From Candidatus Anstonellaceae archaeon (GTDB taxonomy: Archaea; Micrarchaeota; Micrarchaeia; Anstonellales; Anstonellaceae): DNA of 32,174 nt. Below the pieces are notes generated by a model. The model was not told the DNA's origin and made no database searches. It saw only the letters and a program-made list of their open reading frames with translations. The stretch is taken from assembly GCA_046295675.1 (NCBI GenBank), contig JBKBMW010000002.1:1-32174 (forward strand). The letters run 5' to 3'. Both the position numbers and the translations under genes were made by a program. Shown piece after piece: positions 23,414 through 31,830 of this stretch (position 1 is the stretch's first letter; each line of letters opens with the position of its first letter).

Positions 23414-25165
23414 TTATTCCACAGTCACTGATTTTGCCAAATTTCTTGGTTTATCTGGATTTCTGTTTAGATAAACAGCCAGATAATAAGCAAGTATTTG
23501 CAGTGGTACTATATAATAAATTAAAAATTGTTCATCTTTACCAGCAGGTAATTCTATTTTAATATCTGCTTGGTCTAATACTTCTTTTGAATCTGTCAAG
23601 GCAATAATCATTGCTCCTCTTGCTTTGCATTCCATGATACTATTTATCATTTTATTTATTTTTTCATAGCTCGGAGCAATGAATATAATCGGTAAGTTTT
23701 TTTCTATCATTGAAATAGGCCCATGTTTTAGTTCACCTGCAGGATAAGCCTCAGCATGTAGATATGTAATCTCTTTTAATTTTAATGCTCCTTCCAAAGC
23801 ACATATCTGTCCAAGTCCTCTTGATATAAACAGAAAATCTTTACAATTTTTTAGTGTTTTAGCAAGAGCTTGAATTTCTTCTTGGCTTTTTTCTAAAATA
23901 TTTTTTATTATCTCTGGTGCTTTTTGTAATTCTAAAAGCTCCTTCTCTTTATGAAACAAACTATAATACAAGCGATATAGAACAATTATTTGGGCAAGAA
24001 AACTTTTGGTAGCCACCACACAAATTTCTGGGCCAGCACCTATATTTATTAAAGCATCAGATTGCAAAGCAAGACTAGATCCAACTACATTTGTAATTGC
24101 CAAAATTTTTGTTCCTCGTGTTCTTGCTTCTCTCACTACTTTGAGTGTGTCTGCAGTCTCACCTGACTGAGAAAGTGCAATTATTAGATCCTCATCTTTG
24201 GTTGACCATTCATCATATTCTGAAGCAATGTAAACTGGGCACAATTTTTTTTCCTTTTGCATCAAATATGAAAAAAGTAATGAAGCATAGTAAGATGTTC
24301 CACATCCAACCAATGCAATTTTTTTTGCATTTTTTAAAAGTAAAAGTCCATTCTCTATATCTGTAGAAAGAGCATTTTTAACTATTTGAGGTTGCTCAAA
24401 AATTTCTTTTAACATAAAATGTGGATAACCTTCTTTTTGTGCCATGTCTTCTGTCCAATTTATATTTATCTTTCTTGGTTCGATCTTTTTATCTTCTTTA
24501 TTCCAGACTTCAATTAAATCTTTTGTAATCTTTGCAAAATCTCCATCCTCTAAAACAACAAATGTTTTGGTATATTTCATTATAGCAGGAATATCAGAAG
24601 CAAAAAAATTCTCTTTTTCACCAATTCCTATTATTAAAGGGGCATATTTTTTTGCAACATACAAATTTTCTTCTCCCAAAAGCATAACTCCTATGGCATA
24701 TGTCCCTTCTAATTTTTTTAAAGCATTTTTAATAGCCTTTGTTTTATCTTTTTCAGTCTTTAATTCTTCTTCTATCAAATGTGCAACTACTTCACTATCT
24801 GTTTCACTACTAAATAGATGGCCTTTTTTTAGAAGTTCATTTTTTAGTCCTTGATAATTTTCAATTATTCCATTGTGCACTATCGCTATCTTTTTTTTGC
24901 AATCAAGATGTGGATGAGCATTTTCTTTACAAGGAGGGCCATGTGTTGCCCATCTTGTATGGCCAATTGCTTTGTTTGTTTTTTCTATTTTTTTGCCTTC
25001 TAAAACCTTTGCTATCGTCCCACTATCTTTAACAACTCTTATTTCTTTAGTAGTACAATATGCAATCCCAGCAGAGTCATATCCTCTATATTCTACTTTT
25101 TTTAGGCCATCTATAACATTATCTATGGCATTTCTTTCTCCAATATAACCAATTATGCCGCACAT
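23414..25165 (-). CDS. glmS: Glutamine--fructose-6-phosphate aminotransferase (isomerising).
   Basis: N-terminal nucleophile MCGIIGY, class-II amidotransferase domain, two SIS domains (GCGTSYYA, SQSGETADT) and the canonical C-terminus AKSVTVE. Confidence 0.95.
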   Translation of the reverse strand: MCGIIGYIGERNAIDNVIDGLKKVEYRGYDSAGIAYCTTKEIRVVKDSGTIAKVLEGKKIEKTNKAIGHTRWATHGPPCKENAHPHLDCKKKIAIVHNGIIENYQGLKNELLKKGHLFSSETDSEVVAHLIEEELKTEKDKTKAIKNALKKLEGTYAIGVMLLGEENLYVAKKYAPLIIGIGEKENFFASDIPAIMKYTKTFVVLEDGDFAKITKDLIEVWNKEDKKIEPRKININWTEDMAQKEGYPHFMLKEIFEQPQIVKNALSTDIENGLLLLKNAKKIALVGCGTSYYASLLFSYLMQKEKKLCPVYIASEYDEWSTKDEDLIIALSQSGETADTLKVVREARTRGTKILAITNVVGSSLALQSDALINIGAGPEICVVATKSFLAQIIVLYRLYYSLFHKEKELLELQKAPEIIKNILEKSQEEIQALAKTLKNCKDFLFISRGLGQICALEGALKLKEITYLHAEAYPAGELKHGPISMIEKNLPIIFIAPSYEKINKMINSIMECKARGAMIIALTDSKEVLDQADIKIELPAGKDEQFLIYYIVPLQILAYYLAVYLNRNPDKPRNLAKSVTVE

Positions 25166-25169
25166 TTTT

Positions 25170-25358
25170 CTAACCTATTTTTATTGCCTGAGCATAAGTT
25201 CTTGCAACCTTTGTAATTTTTATTTTTATTTCTTCAATCTTATTTACTCCGTCTACAAATATTGTAAAACCTTCTATTTTGCACAGTCCTCTATTTGAAG
25301 GCAGAAGGCTCTCAATTTTTACTTTATATATCTCCCCTACTTCTACTGGAGGTTGCAT
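25170..25358 (-). CDS. Stand-alone TRAM-domain protein (62 aa), a putative RNA-binding or chaperone protein.
   Basis: Size and pattern VGEIYKVKIESL...GLCKIEGFTIFVDG...IKIKITKVARTYAQA fit the small archaeal TRAM OB-like fold. Lies 4 nt upstream of glmS on the same strand. Confidence 0.65.
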   Translation of the reverse strand: MQPPVEVGEIYKVKIESLLPSNRGLCKIEGFTIFVDGVNKIEEIKIKITKVARTYAQAIKIG

Positions 25359-25461
25359 ATCTCTATATTAGATCAAAGGCTTATTAAACTTTTTAAAAAC
25401 AAATGCAAAAAGCAAATTGATAAGTTTAAATATTTTTCTGTTTATTATTTAACCAAAAAAA

Positions 25462-25584
25462 ATGGGGTGTAACACTATGGCAAACGAAAATGATGAAGAA
25501 TTTGACGAAGAGGAAGAAGAATTTGACGAAGACACCGAAGAAGAGGAAGAAGAATTTGACGAAGACTGGGATGAAGAAGAATAA
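25462..25584 (+). CDS. Unlisted small ORF (40 codons, or 35 from ATG 25477) encoding a hyper-acidic peptide MGCNTMANENDEEFDEEEEEFDEDTEEEEEEFDEDWDEEE.
   Basis: Hand-translated. ATG 25462 is in frame with TAA 25582-25584. The 17-nt unit GAAGAATTTGACGAAGA occurs three times (25495, 25516, 25549). TATA-like TTTAAATA lies at 25425-25432, and T-tracts follow the stop. Confidence 0.45.
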   Translation: MGCNTMANENDEEFDEEEEEFDEDTEEEEEEFDEDWDEEE

Positions 25585-25649
25585 ACCATTTACTTTCTTT
25601 TCTTTTTTCTACTTCTCTTTCTTCTTTAATTTTTCTGTTTTTTAATTTT
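25585..25649 (+). terminator. Pyrimidine-rich region with several oligo-T runs downstream of the acidic sORF; candidate archaeal oligo-T terminator.
   Basis: T6 runs at 25603-25608, 25638-25643 and 25646-25651 on the plus strand. Archaeal RNAP terminates at oligo-T tracts. Confidence 0.3.
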
Positions 25650-26438
25650 TTATTTTACAACAACTATGTTTTGATATCTGTAGTTTTCAGTTCCTTTTAT
25701 TGATTGCTCCACTTCTTTTATTTTTTCCTTTATTTTTGTTTGGGAAGTGCTATACTGATAACCAAGTTCAAATCCTTTTATTCCAGCTATAATCATTTTT
25801 CTAATATCCTCTGGTCTATTAACTCCGTTTTTTGCTATTATTGGTCTTGTTGTTTTATTTTTATTTAGTATTTTTAAGGTATTTTTAGAATCCATTCCAT
25901 GCTCATTCTCTATCATAATAATATCTGTTTCTGTTTTTTTTGCTTCTTCAAATTCCTTGTTTTCTTTTACTTTTAAAATAGTTTCAAAATCTTCTTCGTG
26001 TGCATAATCAATTAGTTTGTGCAGATCAACTTTTGCAGCTTCTATTAATCCATAATCAAGAACAATTGCATCTCCACCAACCATCTGAACAGGGTCAATT
26101 ATATAATCACTCGCAATTATTATTTTTTTGAAATTTTTTTGCAGCCATCTTAAATCTCCAGAAAATTTTCTTGGTTCTACCCAGATATCAATAGCGTTTA
26201 TCTTTTTTTCAGTATCCAATATATTGAGATATTGTAATACTTTATTTTTAGTTGAAAAACAAAGTCTTTTTTCATCGCATGCCAATACTTCAGCAATTAG
26301 AGGAATTTTTCCCTCTATAAAACTCTTTTCTATTTCTTCAACTAATGATCTTTTTTCTTTTTTTGTTGGAGCAAACCTTTGATAATATCCACTTTCAATT
26401 GTTTTTTTTACTTCTGCAATTATTTTCGGATATTCCAT
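25650..26438 (-). CDS. TIM-barrel protein resembling indole-3-glycerol-phosphate synthase (TrpC-like), divergent.
   Basis: The order of segments parallels IGPS: IIAEVKK / LIAEV near the N-terminus, AIDIWVEPRKFSGDLRWLQ, GGDAIVLDYGL, ETDIIMIENEH, IIAKNGVNRPEDIRKMIIAGIKGFELG. Several canonical residues look substituted. Confidence 0.4.
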   Translation of the reverse strand: MEYPKIIAEVKKTIESGYYQRFAPTKKEKRSLVEEIEKSFIEGKIPLIAEVLACDEKRLCFSTKNKVLQYLNILDTEKKINAIDIWVEPRKFSGDLRWLQKNFKKIIIASDYIIDPVQMVGGDAIVLDYGLIEAAKVDLHKLIDYAHEEDFETILKVKENKEFEEAKKTETDIIMIENEHGMDSKNTLKILNKNKTTRPIIAKNGVNRPEDIRKMIIAGIKGFELGYQYSTSQTKIKEKIKEVEQSIKGTENYRYQNIVVVK

Positions 26439-26589
26439 TTAAATCTCCCTGATTTTTATTAATTCTTTTAAATAAAATCGATGAAAATCTGTAATCTTGT
26501 TCTTACTTTTCTGTATATTTGTAAAATATTTTCAAATATTTATTATAAAAACATCAAAAATTATCTAATTATAAATATTTATAAGATTA

Positions 26590-28485
26590 TTAAAAATTTT
26601 CTATTTTAATTTTACTTATTTTTTTTATTTTTTTATGTTCATTTTCTAAAACAAGTATATTGGCCCTTATGGTTTCTGCAACACTCCAGCTTTGCATTAC
26701 ACATCCATCTGCTTTCAAAGTTTTTTGGTCATATATCTCTGGAAGATGAAGTAATCCCTTATTGTATATATTCTTTGTAATTCCATCAACATCTTTTTTT
26801 ATTTCTTCTTTTTCCAAATTTAGTTCAAGCCATGCCTGGGCATATGCACCTATAAAATACGGCCAAATAGCTCCATTATGATATGCCTTATCTCTATCCT
26901 TTATATTTCCCTTATATTCTTTTACAAATTTTTCATCTTCTGGGGAAAGAGAGTAAAACCCAAAGGTAGGTACAAAAAGTTTTTTTCTAATCTCCTTCAA
27001 ATAGTTTTTTTGTTTGTAGAAAACCTCTGGTAAAAGAGCAAATGCCCAAAGCTGATTTGGTCTATTGGATAGATCAATTGGATCTATATTATCTAACAAA
27101 TATTTTTTATCTGTAATATAATTTTTCATTGAATCAGCAGCTTTTTTATAAGCATTAAAATATTTTCTTTTGTTGTTTTCATCCATTTTTGCTAAATTTT
27201 TTAGGGCATATGTCCAAAGAGCATTTATTTCAATTGGTTTTCCTTCTCTTGGAGTGTATGGTTTACCATCAATTATAGTATCCATCCAAGTTAGGCGGGG
27301 TTTCTTTAGTTTAATCAATCCATCTCTATCTAACTCAAAAAAATCATTTGGCTCAAACCAATATTCCATTTGCTCTAAAATTTTTTTCTTAATTTTTTTA
27401 TCAAGAGGTTTTTCTTTTTCAAATTCCACTGCTGCCCATAACAACCAAAGCATTCCATCTACAGATTCATAAATTGGTATATTTTCTATTCTATTTGGTA
27501 AAATCCCATCTTTAGCATGTTCTAACCAGTTTTTCATAATATCAAGAAAGATTTTGTATTTCGAAAAAGGAAGGCAAAGTCCTGGTAGAGAGATAAAAGT
27601 ATCTCTTGCCCATTGCCAGAAATATGGATATCCAGCACACACTCCATATTTTTTACAAACTTTTATTAAATAAGAATCGCAAGATTGCAAAAGAGGAATG
27701 AGGCTCTCTATATTTGATTTCTTGTATTTTTTAACAACATCTTCTATTTCTCTTTTTTTCATATCATATAAAACTTCATTATCCAGATATGGTGTTGTAT
27801 CAGAATAAAAAACAATCTCTAAATTCTGTCCTTCTTTTAAATAGGCATCTATTTTGATTATTGAATATAAATTTTCAATATGTTCCTCTTCTCGCTCAAA
27901 TTCTTTTTTATAAAAAAAATTGTAATATTCGTAATTATAATTGCTAATTAAACCTCTATTTGCAGAAATATACCATTCCTTAGGCTCTAATATCTTTACT
28001 AATCTATTGCTTAAATGAACATTTTCTTTTTTTATACTCCTTGCTCCAATAGAGTGAATATTTCTATTTGAAAGCAAAGGGATGATACTAATACCAATCC
28101 CTTTTCCTTCCAGCAGTGTATAGCGAATATATGTTTGATTTGTTTCTACCCCACACCAAACCTCTTTTGAAAGTCTATTTCCTTTTACATTATATGTCCA
28201 TCTTGCTATCTGAGATTCAAAAGAAAAATCTTCCAGATTCTCATATCCTTTAGGATAGATTGCATCTTTGTAAAAATGAGTGCTAAGAGGATATTTTTCA
28301 AATGCATCAGTAAGAAATTCATCCATAGTAGAAACAAGCATTATCCTTTCTCCATCATTTTTTACTATTAAAAATAGCCCGTTATATTTGCTAGTATTAG
28401 CCCCAATAATAGTGGAACTTGCCCAACCTCCTGCCTTGTTTGCAATCCACCATTCTTTAGACATCAAATATTCTATTTCTTCCAT
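26590..28485 (-). CDS. Archaeal-type glycogen debranching enzyme (amylo-alpha-1,6-glucosidase, GDE family).
   Basis: N-terminal EWWIANKAGGWASSTIIGANTSKYNGLF matches the GDE N-terminal domain signature. The C-terminal (alpha/alpha)6 region contains WARDTFISLPG and AYHNGAIWPYFIGAYAQAW. Confidence 0.8.
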   Translation of the reverse strand: MEEIEYLMSKEWWIANKAGGWASSTIIGANTSKYNGLFLIVKNDGERIMLVSTMDEFLTDAFEKYPLSTHFYKDAIYPKGYENLEDFSFESQIARWTYNVKGNRLSKEVWCGVETNQTYIRYTLLEGKGIGISIIPLLSNRNIHSIGARSIKKENVHLSNRLVKILEPKEWYISANRGLISNYNYEYYNFFYKKEFEREEEHIENLYSIIKIDAYLKEGQNLEIVFYSDTTPYLDNEVLYDMKKREIEDVVKKYKKSNIESLIPLLQSCDSYLIKVCKKYGVCAGYPYFWQWARDTFISLPGLCLPFSKYKIFLDIMKNWLEHAKDGILPNRIENIPIYESVDGMLWLLWAAVEFEKEKPLDKKIKKKILEQMEYWFEPNDFFELDRDGLIKLKKPRLTWMDTIIDGKPYTPREGKPIEINALWTYALKNLAKMDENNKRKYFNAYKKAADSMKNYITDKKYLLDNIDPIDLSNRPNQLWAFALLPEVFYKQKNYLKEIRKKLFVPTFGFYSLSPEDEKFVKEYKGNIKDRDKAYHNGAIWPYFIGAYAQAWLELNLEKEEIKKDVDGITKNIYNKGLLHLPEIYDQKTLKADGCVMQSWSVAETIRANILVLENEHKKIKKISKIKIENF

Positions 28486-28495
28486 TTTTTCACTT

Positions 28496-28864
28496 TTAAA
28501 GAAGTTTTAATCTTCCAGCTATTAAATCTATTTTATCTTCGTAATCTGGGCCAAGGCATAAAGAGGTTATAGTCATACTCTCAACTTGAGTTTTACCAGC
28601 ATCCTTTACCAAAAAAGCTGGGATTTTTTTATTTTTTGCCTCTTTATAAATTTCAAGGAGTTTTTCAAGGCTCTCTATCTTCAATACAATTTTTTTCATT
28701 CCGGTTTCAAACCATGTTTTTGCTAATTTTGGATTTTGTTGCATTACATAATAATAACCTAAAACCGAAGCATGCGCTATCTGAGAAGCAATTTTACCTT
28801 TTCCCATCTTTAAATCAGTTCTTATTATAAGGGTTTGCTTTAATTCTTTATTTGTTTTCTCCAT
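28496..28864 (-). CDS. pth: Peptidyl-tRNA hydrolase, archaeal/eukaryotic type (Pth2).
   Basis: About 120 aa. KQTLIIRTDLKMGKGKIASQIAHASV and FLVKDAGKTQVESMTITSLCLGP match conserved PTH2 motifs. 10 nt upstream of the GDE gene on the same strand. Confidence 0.9.
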   Translation of the reverse strand: MEKTNKELKQTLIIRTDLKMGKGKIASQIAHASVLGYYYVMQQNPKLAKTWFETGMKKIVLKIESLEKLLEIYKEAKNKKIPAFLVKDAGKTQVESMTITSLCLGPDYEDKIDLIAGRLKLL

Positions 28865-28976
28865 ACTCTCAAATACCTTGTTAATTTATTAAAATATTTC
28901 TATAATTAGAAAGTTTGGGTTTTTTTGTTTTTGTCAAACCATCAACCTTTATTTATTTTTTGTTTAATTATTTTTT

Positions 28977-30017
28977 ATGTATAATTCTCAAAACCTAAAA
29001 ACTTTTTTGGATAAGTGGAAAAAACAACAAGAACATCTAAAAAATATTTCAAAACAATTAAAAGAATTAAAAATCCCAACTTCAAATTTAGAAGAAAAAG
29101 TAATATTTGATACAAAACCGGAATTTTTAGAACTTTCAGACTTAAAAGTTGCTGCTGTTGATAGTGGATTCAGTTTAATTGAACTTGCAAATTTGGATTT
29201 AGTAATTTACAAAGTAGCAGGGGTTATTTTTAATTTTAAAAATTCAAAACTTTCTTCTTATGCCTATGTGCCACAAAAAACCAGTTTAGATTTTGAATAT
29301 ATGGAAGGATTGGATTATCTGGATTCCCAAAGATTTTGTTCTTTAGCCAGGTTAAAGGCTGAACTAAAAACAGCAATAGAAATAGCAACCAATCACAAAC
29401 CAAATATTTTATTTTTGGATGGCTCACTTCTTCCAATCCCAGCAGATAAGCCAACTAAAAATAGTCCTCTTTGGCAAACTTATTTAAACCTTTTAAATGA
29501 TTATAAAAAGCTTTTTGAGATTTGTTCAGCTAATAAAATTTTTCTGGCAGGTGTAATAAAAGAAACAAAAAGCAATAAGTTTGTTAAACTTTTACAAAAA
29601 GCATCTAAAGATTTGGCTTTGGAACTTGAAAATTATTCTGACATTTTTGTTTTAAATCATATCCTTGAAAAAAATCAACGTACTGCTTTTTTTGATCTTT
29701 CTTCTAATTCTGAAAATATTATTTTAAATGATTTTGATTCAAAACCAAATATACTATTTTTTTATATAAAAGTTTCAAATTCATTTTTTCCTCTTAGAGT
29801 AGAGTTGTTAAAAATTCAAGGGTTTGAAAATTTTCCGCCTCTCTTTTCTTTACTCTGTTCTACAGGTTCAAAATATTCCTATCCTTCTGTGTTAATAGAA
29901 GCAGATTTAAAAGCAAGAATAAGTCAAACTCAAATAAATCAATTTTTAGAAAAGGATTTAGCAATGAATGGCAAGCCGTTATCTTTTTTCTCCTTTAAAT
30001 TTCTAAAACCATTTTAA
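28977..30017 (+). CDS. NurA-like 5'-3' nuclease domain protein (tentative).
   Basis: VAAVDSGFS near the N-terminus and ILFLDGSLLP in the middle resemble the two acidic catalytic motifs of NurA (xxDGS, xLDGSL). The size (346 aa) is compatible. Confidence 0.45.
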   Translation: MYNSQNLKTFLDKWKKQQEHLKNISKQLKELKIPTSNLEEKVIFDTKPEFLELSDLKVAAVDSGFSLIELANLDLVIYKVAGVIFNFKNSKLSSYAYVPQKTSLDFEYMEGLDYLDSQRFCSLARLKAELKTAIEIATNHKPNILFLDGSLLPIPADKPTKNSPLWQTYLNLLNDYKKLFEICSANKIFLAGVIKETKSNKFVKLLQKASKDLALELENYSDIFVLNHILEKNQRTAFFDLSSNSENIILNDFDSKPNILFFYIKVSNSFFPLRVELLKIQGFENFPPLFSLLCSTGSKYSYPSVLIEADLKARISQTQINQFLEKDLAMNGKPLSFFSFKFLKPF

Positions 30018-30030
30018 TTAAACAAGCCTT

Positions 30031-31344
30031 TTAAGCAACCATTTTTCTTTTTTCTTTTCTCTTTTTCCCATTTAGTTGAATATTATATATTTTTTTTATC
30101 TTATTTCTTAAATTACTTCTCTTTTTTGTAATTTTTTTATCCTCAACCTCTTCTTTTTTTAAAATCCAATTTTTTATTATTTTTATCAACTTTCTATTTT
30201 TTTGAGATAACTCAAAGCCTTCTTTCTTTACATCTTTATTCTCTTTCTTTTTTATCTGGTCTTTTTCTTTTATTTTTTTTAGATTTTTTTCTTTGTTGAT
30301 TGGTTTTTCTATTTTTTTCATTTCCATTATAGTTAATTGTTTTTTTTGCTTCTTTTCTTCCTTTTTAATTTCTTCCTTTTTTATTTTTTCCTTCTTTTTA
30401 TTTTCTTTTTTATTTATTTTTTTCTCATTATTTTGGTTTTTTTGAGTGTTTTGATTTAACTTTAATTTCTCTTCTTTATTTTTTTTCTTTTCTTTCTGTT
30501 CTTTCTGTTGTAGTTGTTTTTTATATTCTTGAATCTTTCTTTGTAGGTGATTTTTTAGATTTATCAATTCATTGTTTGATATCTTTTTCAAATTGTTAGT
30601 TATAATTAAAAATCTTTTTTTATCTTCTTGAGTAATTTTTGGTTTTTGAATTATCCTATTTGCTTCTTTTATTAGTTGTATAAGTCTAAACTGAATCTCT
30701 TTTTTCTTTTCTCCATCTATTATATCCTTCTGACTATTTTTATTTACTTTATAAACTGGAATCTGCCCTAAGGAGCTATCTCTATATTCTTTTGTTTTCA
30801 TTCTTGTTTCTTGTATGGTGAAACTAAAATCAGATTGTTTTCTTTTTTCTAATATGGTTCCATCTTCTTTATTTAGTGTTTGATTTTTTCCTGTTTGATT
30901 TAGAGATAAAAACACATCAATAGCTTTGTTTTCAATCTGCAACATTTTTTCTTTTTGGATTTCTTCCAGTTTTTTTCTCTCTTTTTCTATTAATTCCTTT
31001 CTTTTTTCTAATAGGGCTCTATCTTCTTTAAAAAAGATTTCAGGAGCTTTATTACTTGCATTTATATAACTCAAAACATCAATTTTTTTGAAGCTTCCAC
31101 AACATCCTCTATTCCCAGCGCATCCTTCACATTGACATTTCATTGTGTGAAAAGAATGTACATTTACCTCATTTAATCTATTTGTTTCTCTTTGTCTTAT
31201 GTCCTGCAAATTATTTAAAATAGAATTTATTCGCTGTACTTGTTCTTTATTCAATTCCCCTTTTTGTTGAGCTAAGGCAATTCCTTGTCTTTGAAATCCA
31301 CCAATATTTTTTCCTTCTTGGTTTTGATTTGGTGCTGGAAGCAT
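30031..31344 (-). CDS. Lys/Glu-rich low-complexity protein (about 437 aa) with an N-proximal His2Cys5 cluster HSFHTMKCQCEGCAGNRGCCGS.
   Basis: The track start 31356 is a TTG. ATG 31344 is preceded by GAGGGA. The frame is long and uninterrupted despite the AT-rich background. The Cys/His cluster is encoded around 31095-31160. Confidence 0.7.
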   Translation of the reverse strand: MLPAPNQNQEGKNIGGFQRQGIALAQQKGELNKEQVQRINSILNNLQDIRQRETNRLNEVNVHSFHTMKCQCEGCAGNRGCCGSFKKIDVLSYINASNKAPEIFFKEDRALLEKRKELIEKERKKLEEIQKEKMLQIENKAIDVFLSLNQTGKNQTLNKEDGTILEKRKQSDFSFTIQETRMKTKEYRDSSLGQIPVYKVNKNSQKDIIDGEKKKEIQFRLIQLIKEANRIIQKPKITQEDKKRFLIITNNLKKISNNELINLKNHLQRKIQEYKKQLQQKEQKEKKKNKEEKLKLNQNTQKNQNNEKKINKKENKKKEKIKKEEIKKEEKKQKKQLTIMEMKKIEKPINKEKNLKKIKEKDQIKKKENKDVKKEGFELSQKNRKLIKIIKNWILKKEEVEDKKITKKRSNLRNKIKKIYNIQLNGKKRKEKRKMVA

Positions 31345-31352
31345 TTTATCCC

Positions 31353-31706
31353 TCAAGAATTTATAAATTCATAGGCTTTTTTTTCCATATGTCTTTGCAT
31401 CATTAACTCTACAACCCTTATTAAATTTTCAATCATTTTTTCATCTTTCTTTTGTCCCATTAGGTTATAAAACTGAGCGTATACCTCCAATGCCTTTTTT
31501 TTCAATTCATTTGCAAGAGCATAATCCTTCTTTTCAACAGCTTCATTTATTCTTATAAAAAATTCTCTTAACTCCTCCATTTTTTCTTGCACTTTTTGAG
31601 GTAAAGATGAAAAACCGCTTCCATATACTTGGCCATATACTTCGCTTAAACAATTTGTTTGACATGTTTTACAATTAATTTTTTCTGCAGTATTAAAAAC
31701 TTTCAT
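31353..31706 (-). CDS. Hypothetical 117-aa helical protein with an N-terminal CxxCxxxC motif (CKTCQTNC).
   Basis: ATG ORF with GAGAGGG upstream on the minus strand. Its stop is 8 nt before the ATG of the following Lys/Glu-rich gene, so the two look like an operon pair. Confidence 0.7.
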   Translation of the reverse strand: MKVFNTAEKINCKTCQTNCLSEVYGQVYGSGFSSLPQKVQEKMEELREFFIRINEAVEKKDYALANELKKKALEVYAQFYNLMGQKKDEKMIENLIRVVELMMQRHMEKKAYEFINS

Positions 31707-31799
31707 TTTAAACCCTCTCTTTGTTTTCTATTTATGATCTTATCTCTAAATATCATATTAATATCATATTCATTATATGTTTTAGGTTTATTTATAGAT

Positions 31800-31830
31800 T
31801 TGCCTAAATTTTTTAGGCAAGCCTAAATTT
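31800..31830. promoter_or_regulatory. Candidate operator: nested inverted repeats TTGCCTAAA-TTT-TTTAGGCAA and TTAGGC-AA-GCCTAA, abutting a TATA-like TAAATTTAAAAA in front of the DtxR-family gene.
   Basis: Perfect 9-bp arms at 31800-31808 and 31812-31820. A third half-site, GCCTAA, lies at 31821-31826. The ATG at 31858 is about 25-30 nt downstream of the A/T box, which fits a leaderless layout. Confidence 0.5.

Noticed and set aside
26439-26589. Longer intergenic regions (25359-25461, 26439-26589, 28865-28976, 31707-31857) as possible tRNA or small RNA genes.
   Set aside because: All are extremely AT-rich, without G+C-rich stems or tRNA-like conserved boxes. They are better explained as promoter or divergent-promoter regions.
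30031-30560. Long polypyrimidine, repetitive-looking DNA (ttttcttttttc...). I considered a tandem repeat, a CRISPR-like array or non-coding low-complexity DNA.
   Set aside because: It has no regular repeat-spacer periodicity. On the minus strand it is an uninterrupted Lys/Glu-rich reading frame continuous with the N-terminal Cys/His-cluster domain, so I treat it as coding low complexity.
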